Assembly (NCBI GenBank): GCA_015494155.1
Contig: WGBU01000011.1
Location: forward strand, 874-64,873
Source: Deltaproteobacteria bacterium
GTDB taxonomy: Bacteria > Desulfobacterota > Dissulfuribacteria > Dissulfuribacterales > Dissulfuribacteraceae
Reading direction: 5' to 3'
Length of the DNA stretch: 64,000 nt
A program made the position numbers and the translations under genes. Positions 55,511 to 63,238 of the stretch are shown here, piece after piece (positions within the stretch are counted from its first letter, which is position 1; the number at the start of each line of letters is the position of its first letter). The notes under the pieces are model-generated. The model searched no databases and was not told the origin of the DNA. It saw only the letters and a list, made by a program, of their open reading frames with translations.

Positions 55511-56379
55511 TCAGATCTCTCGTAAGAGAAGGGGTAGAACTCCTCTCCACAAGGCTTTCGATAGACGAGGCCCGTCTCGACTCAGAGTTACTGCTCGCCT
55601 ACACCCTTGGGGTGGATCGTTTTCACCTCTACACCCACGACCTTAATGAGCGTGTAGGTGCCAAGGAAGAGGAACGCTTTAGGGGATTTCTCAAAAGGCG
55701 CCTGGCTGGAGAACCCTTGGCCTACATAGTGGGCGAAAAGGAATTCTGGTCAAGGCCATTTAAGGTGGGAAGTGGCTGTCTCATACCAAGGCCAGAGACA
55801 GAGCTTGTGGTAGAGGAGGCATTGAACTTCCTCAGGGATTATCCCCGCAAAAGACCTCGGATATTGGATCTAGGTACTGGTAGTGGTTGTATAGCTATAA
55901 CCATAGCCCTAGAGCTCTCTGGCTGGGGGCGGGATATTGCGCCCCTTGTCCTTGCTTCGGACATCTCCTGGAAGGCACTGGCCTACGCCAAGGAAAATAC
56001 CCTACTTTTGGGGGCAGGTAGCTGGGTCACACCCATATTGTGCAACTGGATGGAGTGTTTCAGCAAAGACTCTTTGGACATCATCGTATCCAACCCACCA
56101 TATATTGGAGAAGGCGAAAGGGCCACTCTCCAAGAGGAGCTCGGATTCGAGCCCCAGGATGCGCTCTTTTCAGGAGATGACGGCCTATTTCATATAAAAA
56201 AGACCGTAAAAGAGGCCCATTCTCGTCTGGTCAAAGGCGGCATACTCGTTTTAGAGCTTGGTATTGGCCAGGCCAGGAGACTAATGGAGGAAGAACGCCT
56301 CCTCCTCGAGAGGTACCAGGGCTACTGGACGGCAAAGGACCTTTTGGGGATAGAAAGGGTAATTGTCCTACAAAAGTAA
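55510..56379 (+). CDS. prmC: Release-factor glutamine N5-methyltransferase PrmC/HemK (start codon unresolved)
   Basis: The motifs are NPPY (IVSNPPYI) and SAM-binding ILDLGTGSGCIA. HemK-like N-terminal coding (LDSELLLAYTLG) lies upstream of the first canonical start, GTG 55612. 55510 (ATC) is a tentative 5' limit. Confidence 0.8.
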   Translation: MRSLVREGVELLSTRLSIDEARLDSELLLAYTLGVDRFHLYTHDLNERVGAKEEERFRGFLKRRLAGEPLAYIVGEKEFWSRPFKVGSGCLIPRPETELVVEEALNFLRDYPRKRPRILDLGTGSGCIAITIALELSGWGRDIAPLVLASDISWKALAYAKENTLLLGAGSWVTPILCNWMECFSKDSLDIIVSNPPYIGEGERATLQEELGFEPQDALFSGDDGLFHIKKTVKEAHSRLVKGGILVLELGIGQARRLMEEERLLLERYQGYWTAKDLLGIERVIVLQK

Positions 56380-56538
56380 AATATTCATTCCCATAAAGTG
56401 GGTTTCTAGCAGTTTGATAAACCCTCCTTTACATTTAACCGTAAATTTGATAGATAGTTTTATATTAATATACAAATAAAATTGTAGAAAAAATTATATT
56501 CAACACTTCTCTTTTTATTGCTTTTGGAGACGATATAG

Positions 56539-57732
56539 GTGGGCGAAAGCGGGCCATTATCTCCTACAATCTTGACAATAGGTAGCCTCAAGGGAGGCAT
56601 AGGGAAGTCCACACTTGCCCTAAATCTGGCCCAGGGCCTCTCCCGTTTGGGGAAGAAGGTGCTCCTTATAGACCTCAACCCATCTAGCAGACACACCTTG
56701 GATCGTAGCGATAAGGGAGGTTCTCCCCAAGGTATGGTGCAGTTGTTGAAGGGCATGGCCACGCCCTCGTCTATTCTATGCCATGTGACCTTAGATGATG
56801 AATATGGATTTCACATGGTCTCCACCCGGGTATCCACACCAAATGAGGCGCTCTTTTTTGAGAAGCAAGCTATGGATCACAAGGTGCCTCCTCTCGTTGA
56901 ACAGCTTTCAAGGGGATTTGAAGTGGTGTTACTGGATGCGCCATCAGGGCTTGGTAGTGTGGCCAAGGCCGCTTTGGAATCGAGCCACTGGGCATTTGCA
57001 GTCTCTACGTGTGAGGCAGAGACCTTGAGGGCCCTGCCCTTGTATACCACCCTGATTTCATGGATCAGGGTGCACAGAAATAGGTTGCTCAACTTTGGCG
57101 GTGTCCTGATCCAGAAGTTCGATAATCATTCAAAGATACAAGACACCATTTGCACATCACTTACCAAGAGGTTGGGGACCATATTTTTGAACACCAAGGT
57201 CCCCTTGGATCAACGTTTCGAGGTGGCAGCACTCCGATCTATTCCTTTATGGAGATTGCCAAGGGCGGAGGACCTAGTCGGTGTATTTGAAGAACTGGCC
57301 CAGGAGATCCTGGACATCCTCTTCAATAAGGAGGCCCGTGATGCCCTATCGCAACAGATTGACCATATCTCAGGGCATACCCAATGGCTAGAATCGCAAT
57401 TGGGCGCCATATGCAGGGAGTATGGTCTGGAGTGCGCCATAGTGTCAGATGGTCTGGGGTTTCCCATTGTCCATTACAATATAGGAGAGGGTGCAGAGCT
57501 ATTTGCTGCCTTTGGTCCCTTGGCAGGAGATACCATGGGGAGGGCAGTAGACATGCTAGACCTCGGCCAGGTAGACCAGATGGTATTGGGAATAGGTGAT
57601 CTAAAGGTGCTCCTCGTAAAGAGGCTAGAGTCAGAGAAAGAAAACTATTATTTCTTGGCCCTATTGCCCAAGGGGTTTGAGTGGCGTCAAGGCTTAAGTG
57701 CGTCTATATCCCGTTTAGTGGACGGACTCTAG
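56539..57732 (+). CDS. ParA/MinD-class ATPase fused to a C-terminal Roadblock/LC7-like domain
   Basis: 397 aa with a GTG start. The deviant Walker A is GSLKGGIGKST and Walker B is VVLLDAPSG. The C-terminal ~110 aa (ECAIVSDGLGFPIV..GDLKVLLVKR..YYFLALLP) have a Roadblock-like pattern. Confidence 0.65.
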   Translation: MGESGPLSPTILTIGSLKGGIGKSTLALNLAQGLSRLGKKVLLIDLNPSSRHTLDRSDKGGSPQGMVQLLKGMATPSSILCHVTLDDEYGFHMVSTRVSTPNEALFFEKQAMDHKVPPLVEQLSRGFEVVLLDAPSGLGSVAKAALESSHWAFAVSTCEAETLRALPLYTTLISWIRVHRNRLLNFGGVLIQKFDNHSKIQDTICTSLTKRLGTIFLNTKVPLDQRFEVAALRSIPLWRLPRAEDLVGVFEELAQEILDILFNKEARDALSQQIDHISGHTQWLESQLGAICREYGLECAIVSDGLGFPIVHYNIGEGAELFAAFGPLAGDTMGRAVDMLDLGQVDQMVLGIGDLKVLLVKRLESEKENYYFLALLPKGFEWRQGLSASISRLVDGL

Positions 57733-57739
57733 GGGTGAA

Positions 57740-58375
57740 TCAGGCATTAAAGCCAGGGTGTTCAATGAGATAGCAACACATGTGAGTCTCAAGGATATCC
57801 ATGACAATGCCCTGGTCAACGCCTGCCTCCTCGATCCATCTTATTGCAAGGCCCAGTCGGCCATCACTCGACTTACAGCCCAACTGGTAGATCTTTAGGG
57901 GTCTGCCTGCAATCTCTATCTTTTTGCCAAGGGCACTCCGTATGGACTGGTGTACAGCACAAAATGGGCTCACCCCTGCACCTTCGCCAATCCTCAGCTT
58001 GTTGGATATGAGGGTGGGCTTGTTGAATTCTGATGTAATCTGCTGGAAACCCTCGGGTAGCCTGTTGAACACCTCAAGATAATCTTTGATGGAAGGTGCA
58101 AAGGGACAGCTCTTTAGTCCAAAGATCCCATCCTTCACGTGGAAAGAGACCCCTTCTACCCTGGCTATGGGATTTGACATCTCAGGGATTGACGCCAGAT
58201 ATTCCTCCACTGTGTCAAAATGGGTGCTTGCCACCATGTTCGCTGCATTAAGTGCATTTCTGATGAGTACACCCTTTGCGCTGGCAGCACCGTTTTGTCC
58301 AAGTATCACGTTTATCATGTCGAGAAAACTGATGTGTGCTATGTCCAAGATCTTCTGTGCCATGTTCTCCTCCAT
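57740..58375 (-). CDS. Cys-containing protein of unknown function (faint V4R-like flavour)
   Basis: 211 aa with Cys in KSCPF, SPFCAVH, LGCKS and HMCCYL. It lies 18 nt downstream of the DUF4388-Roadblock gene on the same strand. Confidence 0.45.
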   Translation of the reverse strand: MEENMAQKILDIAHISFLDMINVILGQNGAASAKGVLIRNALNAANMVASTHFDTVEEYLASIPEMSNPIARVEGVSFHVKDGIFGLKSCPFAPSIKDYLEVFNRLPEGFQQITSEFNKPTLISNKLRIGEGAGVSPFCAVHQSIRSALGKKIEIAGRPLKIYQLGCKSSDGRLGLAIRWIEEAGVDQGIVMDILETHMCCYLIEHPGFNA

Positions 58376-58393
58376 GTAGATGTTTTGATTTGG

Positions 58394-59203
58394 CTAAATG
58401 GCCGCTACTTCCTGGATCTCTTTTGCGTGTTTCCTGATCTTCAACCTGATAAGCCCCAGGTTGGAATCTGGGTCAGCCACAATCACCAGAAATGCCTCGT
58501 CTCCCACTGGGGCGAGCATGACAGGTCCCTTCTCATACTCGATCATGCTCAATGACATGGGGCCCTTGCCCAGTTGTTGACCCATGCTTTCCGAGGCGCC
58601 AAACCCACTCGATGCAATGGCGCCTATCATCTCCACGTCCAGGCCACTGGTGGCAATGCTCTCTACCAAAAATCCATCCCTGCCAACGAGACATGCGGTG
58701 TTGACCCCTGGGATCTCTGTAAAGTGGTTAAGTAGTTTCCTGATCTCAGACATGCCTTCGTCCTCCTTTTTATTATGGTTTGAGTCCCAATTAGGGACCA
58801 TCTCGCGCGGCGTGCACTCCTTGGGGCGTGTTTCCTTTAGGTTGAATTCGATCTTTTCGATGTCCATTAAGAGCTCTTCTGCGGGACGACTCTCTTCGTC
58901 CCGCCTCCTGGCCGCCTCTATCAAGATGGCAGACACATTGGTCTTTATGGTGTGTGGCACAGATTGGGGGAGTCCAACATTTTTCACCTTTCCATCTTTA
59001 AATTTGAGGATTTCATACATGGCCTCTTCACCTTGAAGACCTTCGAATTCTGCATGTATTACCTCTCCCCCTAAAAAGTAGATGGTCCCTTGCCTGCCTT
59101 CGGAACTCACCTCCAAGGCACAGTTGGCCAGAGAAAGTGTCTGTAGCTGAATGAGGTCGATAAGGTCTATGCCAGATATTAAGCCATCAAATTTTTTTGT
59201 CAT
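58394..59203 (-). CDS. DUF4388 (PATAN-like) domain fused to an MglB-type Roadblock/LC7 domain
   Basis: 269 aa. The N-terminus is GIDLIDLIQLQTLSLANCALEV..GTIYFLGGEVIHAEFEGLQGEEAMYEILKF. The C-terminus is ACLVGRDGFLVES..LVIVADPDSNLGLIRLKIRKHAKEI, close to the MglB tail SLGLVRLRIKKASDEL (from memory). Confidence 0.7.
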   Translation of the reverse strand: MTKKFDGLISGIDLIDLIQLQTLSLANCALEVSSEGRQGTIYFLGGEVIHAEFEGLQGEEAMYEILKFKDGKVKNVGLPQSVPHTIKTNVSAILIEAARRRDEESRPAEELLMDIEKIEFNLKETRPKECTPREMVPNWDSNHNKKEDEGMSEIRKLLNHFTEIPGVNTACLVGRDGFLVESIATSGLDVEMIGAIASSGFGASESMGQQLGKGPMSLSMIEYEKGPVMLAPVGDEAFLVIVADPDSNLGLIRLKIRKHAKEIQEVAAI

Positions 59204-59445
59204 TTTTTATGTGCTTGCCGCTAAGACCTATTGCCAACTAAAAGCGGTAGTCAAAACGCAATATCTGTCTTTATTCATCGGTAATGAATCAAGATTACTT
59301 TAATAGATAATGGATTGTACCAGTTAAGATTTGTTAATAATTATTTTTTATCTAAGTAATGAGTAGGTCAAAAAATGGATCTTTTGGATGAGGTGGAAGG
59401 TATTTACTGAGATGTTGGGGTTTTTTAGGGGCATATAGTAGGCAA

Positions 59446-59469
59446 TAAAAAAAGGGGGCTAAGCCCCCC
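59446..59469 (-). terminator. Intrinsic terminator after rpsU
   Basis: The minus strand reads GGGGGGC-tta-GCCCCC followed by TTTTTTT, 8 nt after the rpsU stop. Confidence 0.7.
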
Positions 59470-59476
59470 TTTTGTC

Positions 59477-59671
59477 TTAACCTCTTCTACGTCTGGCCTT
59501 GCGACGCCTTCTTTCAGCCTCTTGCATCTTGCGACGACGCTTTACGCTGGGCTTTTCATAAAAGCGTCTCATCTTTAGCTCTTTCTGCAGGCCATCAAGC
59601 TGCATCTTCTTCTTGAGGGCCTTAAGAGCCTTTTCCAGGTTGTCATCCTGGACCTCTACGACGATAGCCAA
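59477..59671 (-). CDS. rpsU: 30S ribosomal protein S21
   Basis: 64 aa with a TTG start. The middle is [24 protein letters not shown], followed by a very basic C-terminus. Confidence 0.9.
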   Translation of the reverse strand: MAIVVEVQDDNLEKALKALKKKMQLDGLQKELKMRRFYEKPSVKRRRKMQEAERRRRKARRRRG

Positions 59672-59704
59672 GGGAATCCCCCCCTTCTTTGTTGGATTTT
59701 CTTG

Positions 59705-59734
59705 ACTATACTTTTATTTTCAGTGAAATGTCAA
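59705..59734 (-). promoter_or_regulatory. Sigma-70-like promoter for rpsU
   Basis: The minus strand reads TTGACA (59734-59729), an 18-nt spacer, then TATAGT (59710-59705), about 35 nt upstream of the start codon. Confidence 0.4.
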
Positions 59735-59849
59735 TAAAAAATTGGATATAATACTGTGTGTCCATATCCTACCACGTGGACCCAAAAAAAGAGACCTATG
59801 AGGCGATCTAAGCGGCCCTCTTCCATATTCCATCTCGGTAATTATGCGC

Positions 59850-60362
59850 CTAGAAGTATTCGGCGCTAAGAATGGTGTTTAACAATTCGTCCATGGACAT
59901 TGTTTCAGAACCCGAGCTCCTACAAATAAACTGAGAAGAGTGTTGTGCGTTAACTTGTCCATTAATGACAGTACCAGTAACACTTAAAGTGCCAGAGCAT
60001 GTGACCGAACGGGTGTTGGCCTCCCCTTCAGAATAAGTTACTGAGAGGCCGCTAGTGATGATAGAGAGGTTCAGTGTCCCATTGGTAAGGGGTAAGGCGC
60101 CACTCAGATCAGTTGTACCAGAAATGGTCTTGGTTTCATCAGAATCGATGTAGCTACAATTTTCAAACGAAATGGCTGCATCTATTGCAGAGCTAAGTGT
60201 CTCATAGGTCCCCTTGATAGCCAACTGCCCTCCACCAGGGCATGGAATGGTAAAATCCAATGGAATTGTGCCTGGGGTTGACTGGGCCATGGTCGAGTCT
60301 TGCCAGGACATAAGTCCAAAAAATACGAGTGCAAAGATCGTTATTAGCTGCTTCATCTCCAC
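59850..60362 (-). CDS. Secreted Thr/Ser/Gly-rich protein of unknown function
   Basis: 170 aa. The signal peptide is LITIFALVFFGLMSWQDSTMA, and the mature part looks beta-rich with 5 Cys. I recognise no family. Confidence 0.5.
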   Translation of the reverse strand: MEMKQLITIFALVFFGLMSWQDSTMAQSTPGTIPLDFTIPCPGGGQLAIKGTYETLSSAIDAAISFENCSYIDSDETKTISGTTDLSGALPLTNGTLNLSIITSGLSVTYSEGEANTRSVTCSGTLSVTGTVINGQVNAQHSSQFICRSSGSETMSMDELLNTILSAEYF

Positions 60363-60555
60363 ACCTCCTTCCAGGGGTTATCTTTAGAAGGGCCGCTAAA
60401 ATCAGTATAGGATTTGGACCGTCTCCAGTCAAATGGTTAACAATGTGCCAATTCCATTCCAATGATGGCCGTTTATGCCCCTTGACGCCTTTAAACGGCC
60501 CTAATATGTTGAACCCTTGACAAAATCAACTCATTGGGAAGGGAGAGTAGATGCC

Positions 60556-62634
60556 ATGGACTGCACCAAGGTAAGAAACATCGCCATTGTATCACAAAAC
60601 GGTAGCGGTAAGACTTCACTGGCAGAGGCCATGCTGTTTACAGCCAAGGCCACCAAGAGGTTGGGCAGGGTGGATGACAAGACCTCTTGTCTCGACTTTG
60701 AGCCAGAGGAGCAGAAGAGGGGGCTCACCATCTCCACGGCCTTTCACGATCTAAAGTGGCAGAAGAACCATGTCTTTCTCATGGACACCCCAGGCGAAGA
60801 CAACTTCATTGCCGAGGCCAAGATTGCACTCAGGGTGGCAGACAATGTGGTATTTGTGGTGGATGCAGTGGACCCAGTCAAGCCCCAGACGCTCAAGGTA
60901 TGGTCCATGATCAAGGAGGCTGGTATCCCTGTGATGTTTTTTGTCAACAAGATGGACAAGGAGAGGGCAGACTTTAAGAAGTCACTCGATGCAATACAGG
61001 AGGCCCTTGGGGTCCGCACCGTGCCCCTTGCGCTGCCCATTGGCAAGGAGGCCTCGTTTAAGGGTGTTGTGGACCTCGTAAAGATGAAGGCCTTTGAGTT
61101 CAAGGACGAATCAGGGAATCCACAGCCCATAGACATCCCGTCTGATGTGGCTGATGAGGCAGAGGAGTTGAGGAACAACCTCATAGAGTTTGCCGCTGAG
61201 TCAGAGGATGAATTGCTGGAGAAATTCCTCGAGGGAGGTGAACTCACCCAGGAAGAGATACTGAGCGGTCTAAAGAGCGGTGTAAACGAGGTGCGTTTTG
61301 TCCCAGTGGCCGTGGGCTCTGCCCTTAAAAATATGGGGGTCTCCACACTCTTAGACCTCATAGTAGGGCTTTTGCCATCGCCTGTAGAGCGTGGTGCAGT
61401 CACAGGAAAGAATCCCAAGACAAATGAGGAGGAGACCAGGGAGCCATCGCCAGATGCACCCTTCTCAGGCCTGGTCTTCAAGACCATGATAGACCCTTAT
61501 GCAGGGAGGTTGTCCATCCTCAGGGTCTATTCTGGTACGCTCACACCAGATGGTACCATCTACTGTCCCAACAAGGATTCTCAAGAGCGATATTCTCAGA
61601 TATTCATCCTAGAGGGCAAGGAACAAAAGCCTGTGGAAGAGGCGGGTCCAGGCATGATCGTTGCCATCCAGAAGCTAAAGGAGGTCTCTACTGGAGACAC
61701 CCTCTGCTCACCCCAGGAGCCCATTGTCTATGATTTTGTGGAACTCCCCACACCAGTGCTCACCTATGCCCTCAAACCCAAGTCCAGGGGTGATGAGGAG
61801 AAGATCAATCAGGCACTTTCAAGGTTACAGGAGGAAGACCCCACCCTGGTGGTCTCAAGGGATCAGCAGACCAACGAGCTGCTCATCTCTGGGAATGGTC
61901 AGATCCACATAGATGCCACAGTGTCCAAGATGAAGGAGAAGTTTGGTGTAAATGTGGACCTCACACTCCCCAAGATCCCCTACAGAGAGACCATAAAGGG
62001 GGTAAAGAAGGCCGTGATCTACAGACACAAGAAGCAGACCGGTGGGGCAGGCCAGTTTGCAGAAGTCCACTTCGACATCTCACCACTTAAGCGCGGAGAG
62101 GGCTTTGAGTTCGAAGAGGCCCTCGTAGGAATGAACGTACCCAGAAACTTCGTGCCAGCAGTAGAGAAGGGTATCCAGGAGGCCATGCAATCAGGGCCTT
62201 TGGCAGGTTTTCCAGTGGTGGACGTGAAGGTGCGTTTCTATGACGGTAAGAGCCACGAGGTGGATTCCTCTGAAATGGCCTTTAAGATTGCGGCGATCCA
62301 GTGTTTCAAGAAGGGGGTATTGGAGGCCAAGCCCACCCTGCTTGAACCCATCTATAAGCTCACCATATATGTTCCAGACGAAAACGTAGGTGATGTGATC
62401 GGTGACCTCAACTCCAGGAGGGGCAAGGTCATGGGCATGGAACCAGCAGGTGCTGGGATGCAGGTTGTACAGGCACTAGTACCGCTGGCCGAAGTACAGC
62501 GATATGTACTTGACCTAAACTCCATGACCCAGGGACGCGGTACCTTCCAGATGGAGTTCTCACACTACGATGAGGTCCCGCCCAACATAGCGGAAAAGAT
62601 CATTCAGCAGGCAAAGGAAGGGGATGAGGAATAG
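60556..62634 (+). CDS. Elongation factor G paralogue with a divergent G domain
   Basis: All five EF-G domains are recognisable (RNIAIV..GSGKTS, RGLTIS, DTPGEDNF, VNKMDK, domain IV/V motifs). I use ATG 60556 (MDCTKVRNIAIV); the track starts at 60517. Confidence 0.85.
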   Translation: MDCTKVRNIAIVSQNGSGKTSLAEAMLFTAKATKRLGRVDDKTSCLDFEPEEQKRGLTISTAFHDLKWQKNHVFLMDTPGEDNFIAEAKIALRVADNVVFVVDAVDPVKPQTLKVWSMIKEAGIPVMFFVNKMDKERADFKKSLDAIQEALGVRTVPLALPIGKEASFKGVVDLVKMKAFEFKDESGNPQPIDIPSDVADEAEELRNNLIEFAAESEDELLEKFLEGGELTQEEILSGLKSGVNEVRFVPVAVGSALKNMGVSTLLDLIVGLLPSPVERGAVTGKNPKTNEEETREPSPDAPFSGLVFKTMIDPYAGRLSILRVYSGTLTPDGTIYCPNKDSQERYSQIFILEGKEQKPVEEAGPGMIVAIQKLKEVSTGDTLCSPQEPIVYDFVELPTPVLTYALKPKSRGDEEKINQALSRLQEEDPTLVVSRDQQTNELLISGNGQIHIDATVSKMKEKFGVNVDLTLPKIPYRETIKGVKKAVIYRHKKQTGGAGQFAEVHFDISPLKRGEGFEFEEALVGMNVPRNFVPAVEKGIQEAMQSGPLAGFPVVDVKVRFYDGKSHEVDSSEMAFKIAAIQCFKKGVLEAKPTLLEPIYKLTIYVPDENVGDVIGDLNSRRGKVMGMEPAGAGMQVVQALVPLAEVQRYVLDLNSMTQGRGTFQMEFSHYDEVPPNIAEKIIQQAKEGDEE

Positions 62635-62672
62635 CACACAGGGCCAAGGGCCCTTTGAGAAGAGGCTTTAAG

Positions 62673-63173
62673 GCCATGGGCTTTCGCGTGGGGATCGTTA
62701 CACTCAGTGATTCTGCATATCGTGGTGAACGCGAAGATAAAAGTGGCCCTGAGATAGAGGCCATCCTGGGGGAGGCAGGCGACTTTGAGATCGTAGAGAA
62801 GAGAATACTGCCAGACGATCTCGGCATGATAAGTGCGGCCCTAAAGGAAATGGCAGACAGCCACAGGTTCCACCTCATACTCACCACTGGTGGTACAGGC
62901 CTCTATCCCAGGGACGTGACACCAGAGGCCACAAGAGAGGTGATCCAGAGGGAGGTCCCAGGCCTACCAGAACTCATGCGTATGGAGGGTGGAAAGAGTA
63001 CACCAAAGGCCTACCTCTCCAGGGCTGTTGCCGGTATAAGGGGGGAGACGCTCATAGTCAATCTGCCAGGAAGTAAACGGGCTGTCAGAGAGTCCCTCGG
63101 TGCCATATTGCCTATCCTTAGCCATGCACTGGAAAAGGTCATGGGCGATAGCACCCCTTGTGGCGGTGGATGA
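62673..63173 (+). CDS. mog: Molybdopterin adenylyltransferase MogA/MoaB family
   Basis: The motifs are VGIVTLSDSAYRGEREDKSGP, ILTTGGTGLYPRDVTPEAT and VNLPGSKRAV. I use ATG 62673; the track starts at 62655. Confidence 0.8.
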   Translation, partial: AMGFRVGIVTLSDSAYRGEREDKSGPEIEAILGEAGDFEIVEKRILPDDLGMISAALKEMADSHRFHLILTTGGTGLYPRDVTPEATREVIQREVPGLPELMRMEGGKSTPKAYLSRAVAGIRGETLIVNLPGSKRAVRESLGAILPILSHALEKVMGDSTPCGGG

Positions 63174-63238
63174 TGGTTACGGATCTCACGTGAAGATTGG
63201 GATTATGAGATAGATATAGATCATAGTGGGGTGAAGAG

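Noticed and set aside
60744-61487. 247-aa ORF antisense to the EF-G paralogue
   Set aside because: The translation is Ser/Thr/Pro-rich and low-complexity, and it lies opposite a frame with full EF-G domain order.
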